Positions 1 to 10,915 of a stretch of 64,000 nucleotides of DNA are shown piece by piece. The notes under the pieces are model-generated. The model had not been told where the DNA came from, did not search any database, and was given only the letters and a program-made list of their open reading frames with translations. Made by a program: the position numbers and the translations under genes. Source of the stretch: an uncultured Solirubrobacteraceae bacterium. GTDB taxonomy: Bacteria > Actinomycetota > Thermoleophilia > Solirubrobacterales > Solirubrobacteraceae. The stretch lies in the NCBI GenBank assembly GCA_963767405.1, contig CAVYDP010000003.1:52700-116699 (forward strand). The letters are read 5' to 3'. Every line of letters starts with the position of its first letter. Within the stretch, counting starts at the first letter, position 1.

Positions 1-452
1 CCACCAGCGTGCCGCGGGGGGTCACCGCTCGCGGAGGGGCGGCGGTCATCACGACCGACGGGATGTTCGTCACCCGTGTGCGGGCCCCCCGAGGATCCGG
101 TGCCAATCGCACCCGCTACGTGGGGACCCTTCTCGGCAGCAGCTCGCCCGCCCTCGCACTGAAACAGCCCCTGCAGCTCTTGCGCGAAGCGAAGGTGACC
201 GCGGGGCTGCGGCTGACCTTCAAGGGGATCGGAGCGCTCGCCAAGGGACGCCACAAGGTGACCATCACCCGACAGGTCAGCTGTGCCCGCGGCGAAGTCC
301 TCACGACGACCAAGCTCGGCCGGGGAGGGTCGCTGACGGTCACCCTGCCCAAGCCCGAACCGGGCGCGCTGGCCTTCTACACGGTCCAGACGCCCGTGTC
401 GGGCTACCCCTCGTACTCCGTGCCGGTCGCCGTGCACGGCGACGGCGGCTGA
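1..452 (+). CDS. C-terminal part of a hypothetical, probably secreted, beta-rich protein (5' end outside the window)
   Basis: Open frame from the window edge to TGA at 450-452. Thr/Val/Gly-rich with a basic C-terminus. No recognisable catalytic motif. Confidence 0.55.
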   Translation, partial: TSVPRGVTARGGAAVITTDGMFVTRVRAPRGSGANRTRYVGTLLGSSSPALALKQPLQLLREAKVTAGLRLTFKGIGALAKGRHKVTITRQVSCARGEVLTTTKLGRGGSLTVTLPKPEPGALAFYTVQTPVSGYPSYSVPVAVHGDGG

Positions 453-453
453 C

Positions 454-1819
454 TCAGGCGATCACGGGCGCCTGGGGCAGGCGGGCCAGGGCATCCTGCA
501 TGTCCTGCTCGGAGAACTCCGGGTCCTCCAGCTCGCCCGCCAGGTAGGCGTCGTAGGCGGCCAGGTCGAAGTCGCCGTGGCCGGACAGGCCGAACAGGAT
601 CACCCGCTCCTCTCCCGCCTCCTTCGCCGCGGTCGGCCTCCTCGATGACCGCGCGGATGGCGTGGGCCGGCTCGGGGGCGGGGATGATGCCCTCGCTGCG
701 GGCGAACCGGATCGCGGCTGCGAAGGTCTCGTTCTGGCGGTACGCCCGGGCCTCGACCATGCCGGCCTTCACCAGGGCGCAGAGCATCGGTGCGTCGCCG
801 TGGTAGCGCAGGCCTCCGGCATGCATGGGCGGGGGCACGAAGTCGTGCCCGAGCGTGTACATCGGCATCAGGGGGGTCAGGCCGGCCGTGTCCCCGAAGT
901 CATATCCGTAGATCCCTCGGGTCAGGGTCGGGCAGGCGGAGGGCTCGGCCGCCAGGAAGCGCATCTTCGTCTCCCCCCGCAGCACGCGGCGGACGAAGGG
1001 GAAGGCAAGGCCGGCGAAGTTCGAGCCGCCGCCGACGCACCCGATCACCACGTCGGGCTGCTCGCCGGCCATCTCCATCTGGGCGGCCGCCTCCTGGCCG
1101 ATCACCGTCTGGTGCAGCAGCACGTGGTTGAGCACCGAGCCGAGGGCGTAGTTGGTGTCCTCCCGTGACGCCGCGACCTCGGCCGCCTCCGAGATGGCGA
1201 TCCCCAGCGAGCCGGTGGGATGGGACTGCTGGGCCCTGCCCGACTCGGTGAGGGTGCTCGGGGAGCGGTGGACGGTCGCACCCCAGGTCTCCATCATCGA
1301 CCGCCGGTAGGGCTTCTGGTCGTAGGAGGAGCCGACCATGAACACCTCGCACTCCAGGCCGAACAGGGAGCAGGCGAAGGCCAGCGAGGATCCCCACTGT
1401 CCTGCACCGGTCTCGGTTGCCAGCCGCTTGATGCCGGCGCGAGCGTTCTCGAAGGCCTGGGGGATGGCGGTGTTGGGCTTGTGGGAGCCGGCCGGCGAGA
1501 CGCCCTCGTACTTGTAGTAGATGTGGGCGGGGGTATCGAGCTCTCGCTCGAGGCGCCGGGCGCGGTAGAGGGGGGTGGGGCGCCAGAGCTTGTATGCATC
1601 GCGCACCTCTTCGGGGATCGCCACCTCGGCCTCGCTGGAGACCTCCTGTTCGATCAGGGCCATCGGGAAGATGGGCGTGAGGTCGGGCGGCCCGGCCGGC
1701 TGCAGCGTCTGCGGATGCAGGGGCGGCAGCGGCTCGCCCGGCAGGTCGACGAGCAGGTTGACCCAGTGCGTGGGCAGGTCGCGCTCGGACAGCAGGAACT
1801 TGACGGTCTGCTCTGCCAT
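454..1819 (-). CDS. trpB: TrpB2-type (stand-alone) tryptophan synthase beta-like PLP enzyme; one apparent 1-bp frameshift near 632
   Basis: [23 protein letters not shown] (PLP Lys), [33 protein letters not shown]. The C-terminal [10 protein letters not shown]...APVIA* lies in another frame. SD GAGGAG upstream of ATG 1819. Confidence 0.9.
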
Positions 1820-1993
1820 TGATCTCTCCTCGGGTGGCGGCCGGAGACAGCCTACAACCACCCTGGCGAGGGGCGGTGCCCCTGCGTGCCACACGCCGTC
1901 GCCACGGCCGTTATGATCGACCGCGGGGAGAAACTGGCTGGCTGGCCAGTATGATCTCGCGGCATCCTGCGGCGCAGACCTCGGAGGTTTCAG

Positions 1994-3233
1994 ATGGCAA
2001 CTGTCGGGCGTGACATCGCGAGCGTGGAACTGACCGAGCGCGAGCTCTGGCTACAGGGTCCGCCGTATGAGCTCTTCAAGGAGATGCGGGCCAAGTGCCC
2101 GATCCACTGGACCGAGAACTTCGAAGAATTCCCCGACGAGGACGGGCTTCTGGTCGGTCACCACGGCCGATGACATCCACACGGTCAGCCGCGACTGGAA
2201 GACCTATTCCTCCGAACGGGGAGGCGTCCTCGCCGCCGCCGGGGGCTTCCCGCTGGAGCTGGCCCAGGCGATGTTCATCGGCATGGACCCGCCAAAGCAC
2301 GACCGGCTCAAGGCGCTCTTCCAGCGCGGCTTCACGCCCAAGCGGATCGCCGACCACGAGGATGAGATCCGGGCGATCGCCGTCCGCGTCCTCGACCGGC
2401 TCGAGGGGCGCGAGACCTGCGACCTGGTCACCGACGTCGCCCAGCCGGTCGTCTCCCGGGTGATCCACAGCTTCATGGGCCTCCCGGAGGAGGACGACGA
2501 GATCTGGGCGCGGCTGATGAACTCGGTACTCGGGGCGGGCGACCCCGACCTGAACCCCGACGGCGTCGAGGGGGCGGTCGAGAAAGACATTCCCGAGGTC
2601 TTCGAGCGCTGCCGCAAGCTGATCGCCGAGCGCCGCGAGCGCCCCACCGACGACCTCACGAGCGTGCTCGTCCATGCCGAGATCGACGGGGAGAAGCTCG
2701 AGGAACACGAGATCGTGATGGGCTTCTTCCTGCTCGTGGCGGCGGGCAACGACTCCACCAAGGCGACCTACTGCTCGAGCATGCGGGCCCTGATGGAAGA
2801 CCCCGACCAGAAGCAGCTCCTGCTCGAGGACCCGGGGCTGATCCCCAGCGCCGTCGAGGAGTCCCTGCGGATGTTCCCCGCCTTCGCCCACTTCCGCCGC
2901 ACGGCCACCTGCGACACCGAGCTGCACGGCCAGAAGATCAAGGAGGGGGACAAGGTCGTCATGTGGTACGTGTCATCCAACCGGGACGAGACCCGCTACG
3001 AGGACGCGGACCGCTTCGACGTCACCCGCAACCCCGAGCACCAGGCCTTCGGGGCCGGCGGCCGTCACTTCTGCCTCGGCACCGCCCTGGCCCGGATGGA
3101 GCTTCGGATCCTGATCGAGGAGACCCTCAAGCGCTACCCGGACATCGAGCTCGACGGCGACCCCCTGGCCGTGGAATCGCTGTTCATCAACCAGCTCAAG
3201 GCGCTTCCGGTCCGGCTCACCGGCGCGGCCTGA
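1994..3233 (+). CDS. Cytochrome P450 (CYP124/125/126-like), copy 1; extra G near 2145
   Basis: ATG 1994 with GGAGG SD gives [13 protein letters not shown], matching the paralog at 13143. MDPPKH, AAGNDST, EESLR (ExxR), [11 protein letters not shown] heme motif. Confidence 0.92.
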
Positions 3234-3242
3234 GGGTCCTCC

Positions 3243-6200
3243 TCAGCCGCGTCTGATCGTGAAGCCGGCGGTGGCGGGCCCCCCGTGCCCGCCACCGGGG
3301 TATACCGCCCGCGCTTCCAGGCGGTAGCTGCCGGGGACGAGCTTGCGCCCGTGTACCCGGCCAGTGAAGTAGAAGCTGTTGGCACCCGTCCGGTCGGCAT
3401 GGGTGAAGGACCCCACCCGCTTGTAGAGGGTGCAGGGCCGGCCCTTGTGGCGCCCGTGGCCGTGCCGCCTCTTCGATGCCGCCAGGCAGCGCTTGCCGTG
3501 CTTTTGCCCGCGGCCCGGGCGCAGGACGAGGAACGTCGTCGTGCCGGTCTGGCCGTCGGTGTAGGAGACCGTGGCGCCCGCGAGCTTGGCCCGCTTCCCC
3601 TTCTTCCTTCTCTTCTGGCTCGGAGGCTTGGCGACGCTCGCACCCTTCGGGGCCGCTGCGAAGCGCGAGGGGGCGACCTTGAGGTGCGGAGAGCGAGGAG
3701 GCACCGCCGCCTGTGCCGGGCGGGCAGCCCGTCACCGAGATCGCCACCTGGCGGGTGACCCGGCTGCCGTTCTGGCCGGTGAGGGTCGTGGGCATCGTGA
3801 GTTCTTCCCCGCACAGTGCAGCGATCGCCCCGAGCACGGAGTAGGGCCCCATCGGAAGGGTCAGGGTGAAGTGGGAGAAGGGCACGTCGGGCACCGCCGG
3901 GAAGGTGGTCGTGATGCGGCCCCCTTTGATGTCCGTCTGGCCGTGGAGCAGGATGCGCAGCCCGTCGCCGCTGAGGACCAGGTCCAGGTCCGGGAAGGCG
4001 GCCCCGCCGTTGGAGACGAGGTAGGCCGGGCCTTCGAGCCCGCCCGACACCAGCGGTGTCCGTACGGCCGCCTGGCCGACCTGGGAGGCCGCCGGGCACC
4101 CGGAGGGGCCGGCCGCGAAGGTGGCTTCGGGGCACGCCTTCTGCAGGGTGCTCAGGCGGGCGGGAAGCTGGGTGGGCAGGGTGGCCGAGACGGCCGCCAG
4201 GTTGGCCTCGTGTTCGGCGGGATAGCCAAGTTCGACCTGCAGGCTCGCCCCATTCTGTTTGGAGGCCTGGGCGCTGGTGGACACGGCGAAGGAGGGTTCG
4301 AACGGGAGCCCGGAGCAGCCGGTGGCCTGGAAGGGGCTGGAGTCCGACTGAACGGCGTTTTCGGTCGAGGTGAGGGTGCTTTTCGTCTGCGTCGGGGCGC
4401 AGTTGGTGGGGTTGACGGTGAAGGCCTGGCTGGTCGTGATGGTGAGGGTCTGCAGGCGCAGGGGAGCTCCGCCCACGATCGTCGGGATCGGGTCGCTCGT
4501 GACCGTGGCCACGGCGGTGTGCTCGTCCACTTCGATCCTGGCCCTGGTGACGACCGTGCCGAAGTCGAACGGCCCCACCGCTTCGGCCGGGATCGCGACG
4601 GCGAGGCCGAAGGGGGCGCCCTCGTAGGGGCCCGTGAGGTAGACCGAGCCGGGCAGCTCCAGCGGGCTGGACCCGGCCCCGACACCCACCACGGCGCTGC
4701 CGATGCGGCTCGAGGACGGGCAGCTGCCCGTCGCGGCCTGGGCGTCGGGGCACTCGGTGAAGGCTCCGATGCGGCCGAGCAGGCCAGGGGGAAGGACGGT
4801 GCTGACCCGCGACAGGTACTGCTGGCCGTCGGGGCGGTCGAGGCTCAGGGTGAAGGAGGAGTTCGCCCCGCCGAGCGAGGGCTGGTCTGCGGTGGACTGG
4901 GCGGGAGCGAAGGGGAATGCGGACGGGCAGGGGCCGCCGTGGCCGTCGTCGTCCACCGTGTATTCGCTGCCCGGGGTGGCGGGGGTCCCGGTGGTCGGGG
5001 TCAGGGTGCTCGTGAATGCCGCCTGGCCGCAGCCCTGGGGGTTGGCCAGGGGAGCATGGGGGCCCGGGTTGAGAGCGAGCTTGATGTCCGTGAAGGGGAT
5101 CGGCGGGGTGCTCGGGAAGCTCGCGCTCAGCCGGCCCGTGGCGGGGTCGGCCGAGAGCAGGCCGATCAGGCGCACGGAGAGGCCGTAGGTGGCGTTCTCG
5201 GCGTCGAGGAAGAGGCGGTACTCCTGTCCGGACTGGGGTTCGTTGCTGAGCGGCCGGCCCACGTAGAGGGAGCCCGTCAGCGGGCTCGGGAGCAGGGGCG
5301 TGTCGATCTCGACGGTCCCGACGGCCGATGCCGCGGGGCAGCCCAGGGGGTTGTTGGTCCCCTGGCCGAGCTCCGCGTCGGTGCAGGCGAGCAGCCCGCC
5401 GGCGACGGCCGGGTTGAGCGTCAGCCCGGCCGGAAGGCCGGCGAGGGCGCCGTGCAGATCCGAGCTGCCTGAGGGCAGGTGCAGGTCCACGTTCAACCCC
5501 GTGGGTGCGTCGCGTTCGCTGGTCGTCGGCGTTGCGGTCAGAGTCGGGGCGAACGGCAGCGAGCCGCATCCGGTCATCGTCACCGGGGTTTCGAAGGGCT
5601 GGCTCTGGGCGGCCGTGGAGGTGACCGTCCCGGCGGTGGCTGTCGGGGCGCAGTCGGTCGGGTCGAGCAGGAAGCCGGCCTTGTTGATGGCCACCGCGAT
5701 CGTGCGCAGGCGCAGGGGTATCCCCTTCAGGATCGTCGGCAGGGAGTCCGTGGTGATGGACACCTTCCCGTTGGTGGTGTCGACCGCGACGGCGGCCCTC
5801 GTGACGACGGTGCCGAGGTCGTAGGGGCCGGCGATCGCGGGCACCACGATCGAGAGGCCGAAGGGCTGTCCCTTGTAGGGGCCCGTGAAGTAGACGGTCC
5901 CGGGCAGGGACAGCGGGGTCGTCCCGGCTCCCGCGGTGACCGTCACCATCCCGATCTGGCTTGCCGACGTGCATGTGCCCTGTGAGGCGGCCGGTTCGGG
6001 GCACAGGGTCACGCCCGACAGGTTCGCCAGCATCCCTTCGGGAAGTCTCGTGGTGAGGGTGTCGAGGGTCTGTTCCCCGTCCGCGCGGGAGAGGTTCACG
6101 TTCAGGTTCGTGCTGCCTGCGGCCGTCGTGCTGGTGGGGGTTGCCGAGGCCGTCGGGGCGAAGGGGATGGGGCTCGGACAGGCTCCGCCGGAGCCGTTGG

Positions 6201-7668
6201 AGTCGACGGTGAAGGCGCTGGTGGGTGTCGATGGGGATCGACCCGAATAGGGGGCGAGGATCGCGGTCGTCGTCGCCGTTTCGCACCCGAGGGGGTTGGC
6301 GAAGAGGGCGCCGGCCCCGGTTTTGAACGTGAGCTTGAGATCGGTGAAGGGCACCTGGGGGTTGCCGGTGAAGGTGGTCCTGAGCTGTCCGGTGACCGGG
6401 TCGGCGGTGACCGAGCCGGTGAGCCTGACCGCCACCCCGCCGACCGAGTTCTCGGCATCGAGGAAGATCCGGTAGGGGTCTCCTTCCAGCGGTTCCCCGA
6501 CGTAGATCGATCCGGTCAACGGGGAGGCAAGGAGCGGAGTGGAGATTTCCACCGTCCCGGCGGCCGAGCCCGCCGGGCAGGTGACTTTCGCGTTCACGCC
6601 CGCCGCGAACTGGGCGTCCGAGCAGGCGGACAGGCCGTTCGCCGCGGAGGGGTTCAGTGACATCCCGGCCGGCAGGGTCACCGAGGCTTCCTGCAGGTGG
6701 GAGCTGGCGGTGTGGGAGGGGTTCTGGTCCTGTGGCACGTGCAGGTCGACCGCGAGCCCGTCGGGCTTGTCGCGCTGGGTCGTGTTGGGGGTGACGGAGA
6801 TGCTCGGGGAGAAGGGGACGCTTTCACAGCCGTTGGCTCCGACGGGGGTCGTGTAGGAGGCGCTCCCGCTCGCGACCGGGGCGTAGGTCGAGGCCGTGAT
6901 GTAGGTCGTCTGCACCCCGCTGCAGGAGGTGGGGTTGGTCAGGAAGGCGTTGTTCGGCGCCCCGCCCCCGTTGTGTTCCTCGGGCGCCCCCCAGAAGATG
7001 AGTTCCGATCTTTCGAGCGCCGTGCCGAGCGTGTTCGAGATTTCGCTGATCGTGAAGTAGTCCCCGAAGTCGCCGGGGCGGCCGTTGCTCGGGTACCAGC
7101 GCACGCCGCCGACCAGGTCGGTGCGCACCGTGAACAGGACTCCGACGGTGACTTCGAAGGCGAAGTCCGAGGGGGCGCCGCTGGGGGGTGTCATGTTGTA
7201 GACGGCGCCCGAGACGGTCTGTTTGCCGAGCACGGGGACGTTGGCGATCGTCACAGTCGAGGTGCCGACGCGCGTGTCGGAGGGGCAGGTGCTCAGGGTC
7301 GTGCCGGAGGCGCTGCAGCGGGGTATGGCCTGTGGATTGACGGCCAGGCCGGGGGGAAGGTCGACGCGTACGTCCTGGGCCGAGCCGAGGCTCGTGTCCA
7401 GGGTGAACTTCGTGAAGGCGACATCCGGGTGCGAGCCCGCCTGGGTGGCGAAGTCCGAGTTTTGTGGGTTGGCCGTGTTTTCGTCGACCAGGACCCCCGC
7501 GCTGAAGCTCGTGATCAGGGAAGTGGCGTCGGCGCCGGCCGGGGCGAGGGCGAGAAGGAGGAGGGCCAGCAGGAGGGCGGGTCCGACCAGGGGGCGGCGC
7601 GGACGGTGCCCGTTCGCGACGCCGCTGGAGCGGTCTGAGGGACCTGGCCTGTGTGGAAGGCTTCGCAT
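3243..7668 (-). CDS. Large secreted multi-module (6 x ~200-220 aa) Thr/Pro/Gly-rich protein with a basic C-terminal domain; frameshift near 3687
   Basis: Signal peptide (RPRRPLVGPALLLALLLLALAPAGADA). Recurrent C..(L/I)PF.P, LP.G...N and CP..S..G motifs. The C-terminal domain continues in ORF 3243..3704. Confidence 0.8.
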
Positions 7669-7813
7669 CTCGCCGATCTCTTTCCCATGTAGGTCTGTCC
7701 CCCCCGCGTTGTCTGGGGTCGGTTCGAAGGGCTGAGCCCATGAGACCGACATGTCTGGTTTCGTCATGATTTCTACGTACGAGGACGGCCGGCCGGCTGT
7801 GTTGACGCCCTGA

Positions 7814-7844
7814 GCACGTGTACGCCGTCTAGACGTATACGTGC
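7814..7844. promoter_or_regulatory. Imperfect inverted repeat in the divergent intergenic region (candidate operator)
   Basis: GCACGTGTACG-N9-CGTATACGTGC (10/11 complementary), overlapping the palindrome CGTCTAGACG. Confidence 0.35.
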
Positions 7845-7884
7845 CTAACTAAACGAATTCGGATGGCCGGTCGATGCCGTCGGT

Positions 7885-9348
7885 ATGAAGGGGCGTAAAC
7901 GCGGACGTTGCACCCCCTCGCCGCTGCCATACGGGTACGAGGGACCATCGCCCGACGGGGGCCTTGACCCACAGTCGATGATCCGCCACGCCATCGACCC
8001 CCTGCAGCTGATGCAGCGGATGGCCGACCAGGCCTTCGCCATGGTCGAGGCGGCCGACGGCGCCCTCGTCGGAGTCGTCAATGACGCCGACTCGGTTCGT
8101 TTCGTGTGCGCCTCGGGCAACCTCAAGAACCGGGCGGGAGAGCTGATCAGGCTGGATGGGAGCCTCACGGGAATGGCCATCCGCACAGGGGGCACGCAGC
8201 TCACTCAGGACACCGAGTCCGACCCCAGGGTCAATCGCGAGGTGACCCGGCGCTTCGGCATCCGCTCATCGGTCTGCGTTCCGCTCGGTCGCGACAAGAT
8301 GCGGGTGGGGGTCCTGCACGTCAGCTCCTCGCAGCCTTGCGCCTTCGACGAGCACGAGGTCGTCCTGCTCGACGGCCTGGCGGAGTTCATGAGCACGGTC
8401 ATCACGGCGGCCTCCGACTTCATGGGGATCACCTCGAAGCTCTTCCACCACCGTGGACACGCCAACCAGGCGGAGCTTCACGGCGTCGAGCAGGACGCCA
8501 TGCGGGCGGAGATGTTCGTCGCCGGCGTCCTCGACCCCTCGGCTGCTCGCAGGCTGGAGATCCGGGAGCGGATCGAGCGGATCCTGCGCGAGCAGGAGTT
8601 CTCGATCGCCTTTCAGCCGATCTTCGCCCTGGACGCCGGCGTCCTCTTCGGCGCTGAGGCCCTCGTGCGGTTCGCCGACTGCGACCGCCGCCCGCCGAAC
8701 GTATGCCTCGCCGAAGCCCACAAGGTGGGACTCGGCGTCGAGCTGGAGGTGGCGATCGTGCGCCGGGCCCTCGGGCAGCTACCACGGCTCCCCGCCGGGG
8801 CGATGCTGTCTCTCAACGCGGGTCCGGACGCTCTCGCCTCGGCGGCCATCGCCGAGGCGCTCGCCGAAGCCGATCCGGCCAGGGTCGTCGTCGAGCTGAC
8901 CGAGCACGTGAAGGTGGACGACTACCCCCAGCTCGCCGAGGCGATCGGCCGTCTGCGCGGATCGGGGATCCGCCTGGCCATAGATGACGCCGGCGCCGGC
9001 TTCGCCAGCCTCATGCACATCCTCAAGCTCGCCCCCGACTTCATCAAGCTCGACCGCGAGCTGATCAGCGGCGTGGATATCGACCCCGTCCGCCAGTCGC
9101 TCGCCGGGTCCCTGATCCGCTTCGCCGAGGAAACTGGAGCGATCATCGTCGCCGAGGGAATCGAGACGGCCGACGAGCTCGGGATCATCCGCGATCTCGG
9201 CATCCGCCACGGCCAGGGCTTCCACCTCGCCCTCCCGGCGCCGCTCGAGAAGATGCGCCTGAGCATGGTCGGCCACGCCCCGCAGCCTGCCCCGGCGTCG
9301 CTGTGGCTGCCGCCGGCCTCCGGCGCGGTGGTCGGGCCCGCCGCCTGA
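7885..9348 (+). CDS. GAF-EAL c-di-GMP phosphodiesterase (no GGDEF domain)
   Basis: N-terminal GAF (SSVCVPL..VGVLHV...F...EV.LL). EAL motifs FQPI, EALVR, SLN, ELTE, IDDAGAG, KLDR, AEGIE, QGF. The start may be ATG 7978. Confidence 0.9.
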   Translation: MKGRKRGRCTPSPLPYGYEGPSPDGGLDPQSMIRHAIDPLQLMQRMADQAFAMVEAADGALVGVVNDADSVRFVCASGNLKNRAGELIRLDGSLTGMAIRTGGTQLTQDTESDPRVNREVTRRFGIRSSVCVPLGRDKMRVGVLHVSSSQPCAFDEHEVVLLDGLAEFMSTVITAASDFMGITSKLFHHRGHANQAELHGVEQDAMRAEMFVAGVLDPSAARRLEIRERIERILREQEFSIAFQPIFALDAGVLFGAEALVRFADCDRRPPNVCLAEAHKVGLGVELEVAIVRRALGQLPRLPAGAMLSLNAGPDALASAAIAEALAEADPARVVVELTEHVKVDDYPQLAEAIGRLRGSGIRLAIDDAGAGFASLMHILKLAPDFIKLDRELISGVDIDPVRQSLAGSLIRFAEETGAIIVAEGIETADELGIIRDLGIRHGQGFHLALPAPLEKMRLSMVGHAPQPAPASLWLPPASGAVVGPAA

Positions 9349-9442
9349 GATCACCGCCCCGTTGAATCGCCCCGGCGCTAGGCTCGTGGCGGATCGGCTG
9401 AGCTCGAGGCGCGTCCCCGCGCCCGGGGAAAGGAGAGCAGAG

Positions 9443-9820
9443 ATGGAGCACGAGCACACCCAGCATGTGGCCGCCCCGCCTGACGCCGTGTTCGCCGCCC
9501 TGGCGGACATCGGGAACCTCCCCCGCTATGTCCCGCAGGTCATTGCAGCAAGCCTGGACGGAGCGGGCAAGGTCACCGTCGAGGCCCGCTACGAGGGCCA
9601 CACCCAGAAGGGAGAGGGCTGGTTCAAGGTCGACGAGTCCGCCCGGCGCGTGGAATGGGGAGCCGACGGCAGCGACTACCACGGCTGGCTGCAGGTCAGC
9701 CCGGACGAGGCGGGATCCCGCCTGACCCTCTACCTCGTGACCGCCCATGGAGATGCCCCCGACAGCGAGGTGATGGGGACCCTCGACGCGATCCGGCGGC
9801 TGGTCGAGGCGGACGCCTAG
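9443..9820 (+). CDS. SRPBCC (START/polyketide cyclase-like) family protein
   Basis: VAAPPDAVFAALADIGNLPRYVP motif. SD AGGAG before ATG 9443. Confidence 0.8.
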   Translation: MEHEHTQHVAAPPDAVFAALADIGNLPRYVPQVIAASLDGAGKVTVEARYEGHTQKGEGWFKVDESARRVEWGADGSDYHGWLQVSPDEAGSRLTLYLVTAHGDAPDSEVMGTLDAIRRLVEADA

Positions 9821-9859
9821 GGCCATCCGGGCCCAGGTCGCGGCGCTGCGCCGCCTCGC

Positions 9860-10048
9860 TCAGCGCAGGCGGTGGAGGTGCTGATAGGCCAGGAGGGGCC
9901 GCAGGGGCCCGATGGCCCTACCCTGCTCCCTGACGGTGGAGGCCAGTGTCCCGTCAGAGCAGCCGATGTCGAGCAGCCGCCCGGGGACGTGGGGCAGCAG
10001 GGCGCTGACGTCGGTCCTCGGGGTGGTGTAGGAGGCGCTCTCGGGCAT
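9860..10048 (-). pseudogene. Internally deleted class I SAM-dependent methyltransferase remnant
   Basis: 62-aa ORF coupled to the xth stop (TGATG). Contains motif I LLDIGCSDG, then jumps to a C-terminal-like tail. Far too short for the fold. Confidence 0.6.
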
Positions 10049-10881
10049 CAGTCGCGCCTTGCCAGGTCCACGACGACCGGGGCGTGGTCGGAGGGGCGGG
10101 TGCCCTTGCGGGCGTCGCGGTCGATGTAGGCGTCGGTGACACGGGAGGCGAGAGCCTCGCTGACGAGGACGAGGTCGATCCGCATTCCTTCCCCTTTGTG
10201 GAACATCCCGGCGCGGTAGTCCCAGTAGGTGAAGGGAGATCCCTTGAGCGCTCGCGGCTGTAGGTCGGTCAGGCCGAGCTCGAGCAGGTCTGCGAGCGCC
10301 TGGCGCTCGGCCCGGCTCACATGGGTGCTGCCGATGAAGACGGTCGGGTCCCAGACGTCCTCGTCTGTTGGGGCGACGTTGAAGTCCCCGCAGAGCGCGA
10401 GGGGCCGGCCGGCCGCCAGCTCCTCTCGGACGACGCCGGCGAGGGCCCGGAGCCAGTCGAGCTTGTACCTGTAGTGAGGGCTGTCGAGGGTGCGGCCGTT
10501 GGGAACGTAGATCGACCACACCCGCACCCCGGCGCAGGTGGCGGCTATCGCCCGGCGCTCAGGATCGGGGAAGCCCGGCTCTCCGCTCAAGCCCCGGGTG
10601 ACGTCCTCGAGCCCGACCCGGGAGAGGATCGCCACGCCGTTGTAGCGGCCCTCCCCGTCGGTGGCGGCTGCGTAGCCGAGCTCCTCGAGCTGCTCGCGGG
10701 GGAAGGCCTCCTCGGAGACCTTCGTCTCCTGCAGGCAGAGGATGTCCGGCCTGACCCGCTGCAGCCAGTCGACGAGGCGGGGCATCCGGGCGAGCAGGGA
10801 GTTGACGTTCCAGGTGGCCAGACGCAGGGTTCCCTCCGCGCCGGCGGTCGGCTCGGAGGCTTCGGCGGGGGCGGACACCAC
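10048..10881 (-). CDS. xth: Exodeoxyribonuclease III
   Basis: ATWNVNS, CLQETK, YNGVAILS, IYVPNG, GDFN, RIDLVL, SDHAPV. Confidence 0.95.
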   Translation of the reverse strand: MVSAPAEASEPTAGAEGTLRLATWNVNSLLARMPRLVDWLQRVRPDILCLQETKVSEEAFPREQLEELGYAAATDGEGRYNGVAILSRVGLEDVTRGLSGEPGFPDPERRAIAATCAGVRVWSIYVPNGRTLDSPHYRYKLDWLRALAGVVREELAAGRPLALCGDFNVAPTDEDVWDPTVFIGSTHVSRAERQALADLLELGLTDLQPRALKGSPFTYWDYRAGMFHKGEGMRIDLVLVSEALASRVTDAYIDRDARKGTRPSDHAPVVVDLARRD

Positions 10882-10915
10882 CGCATGGTGACGTATCGGC
10901 TCGCCCGTCCCGGTG

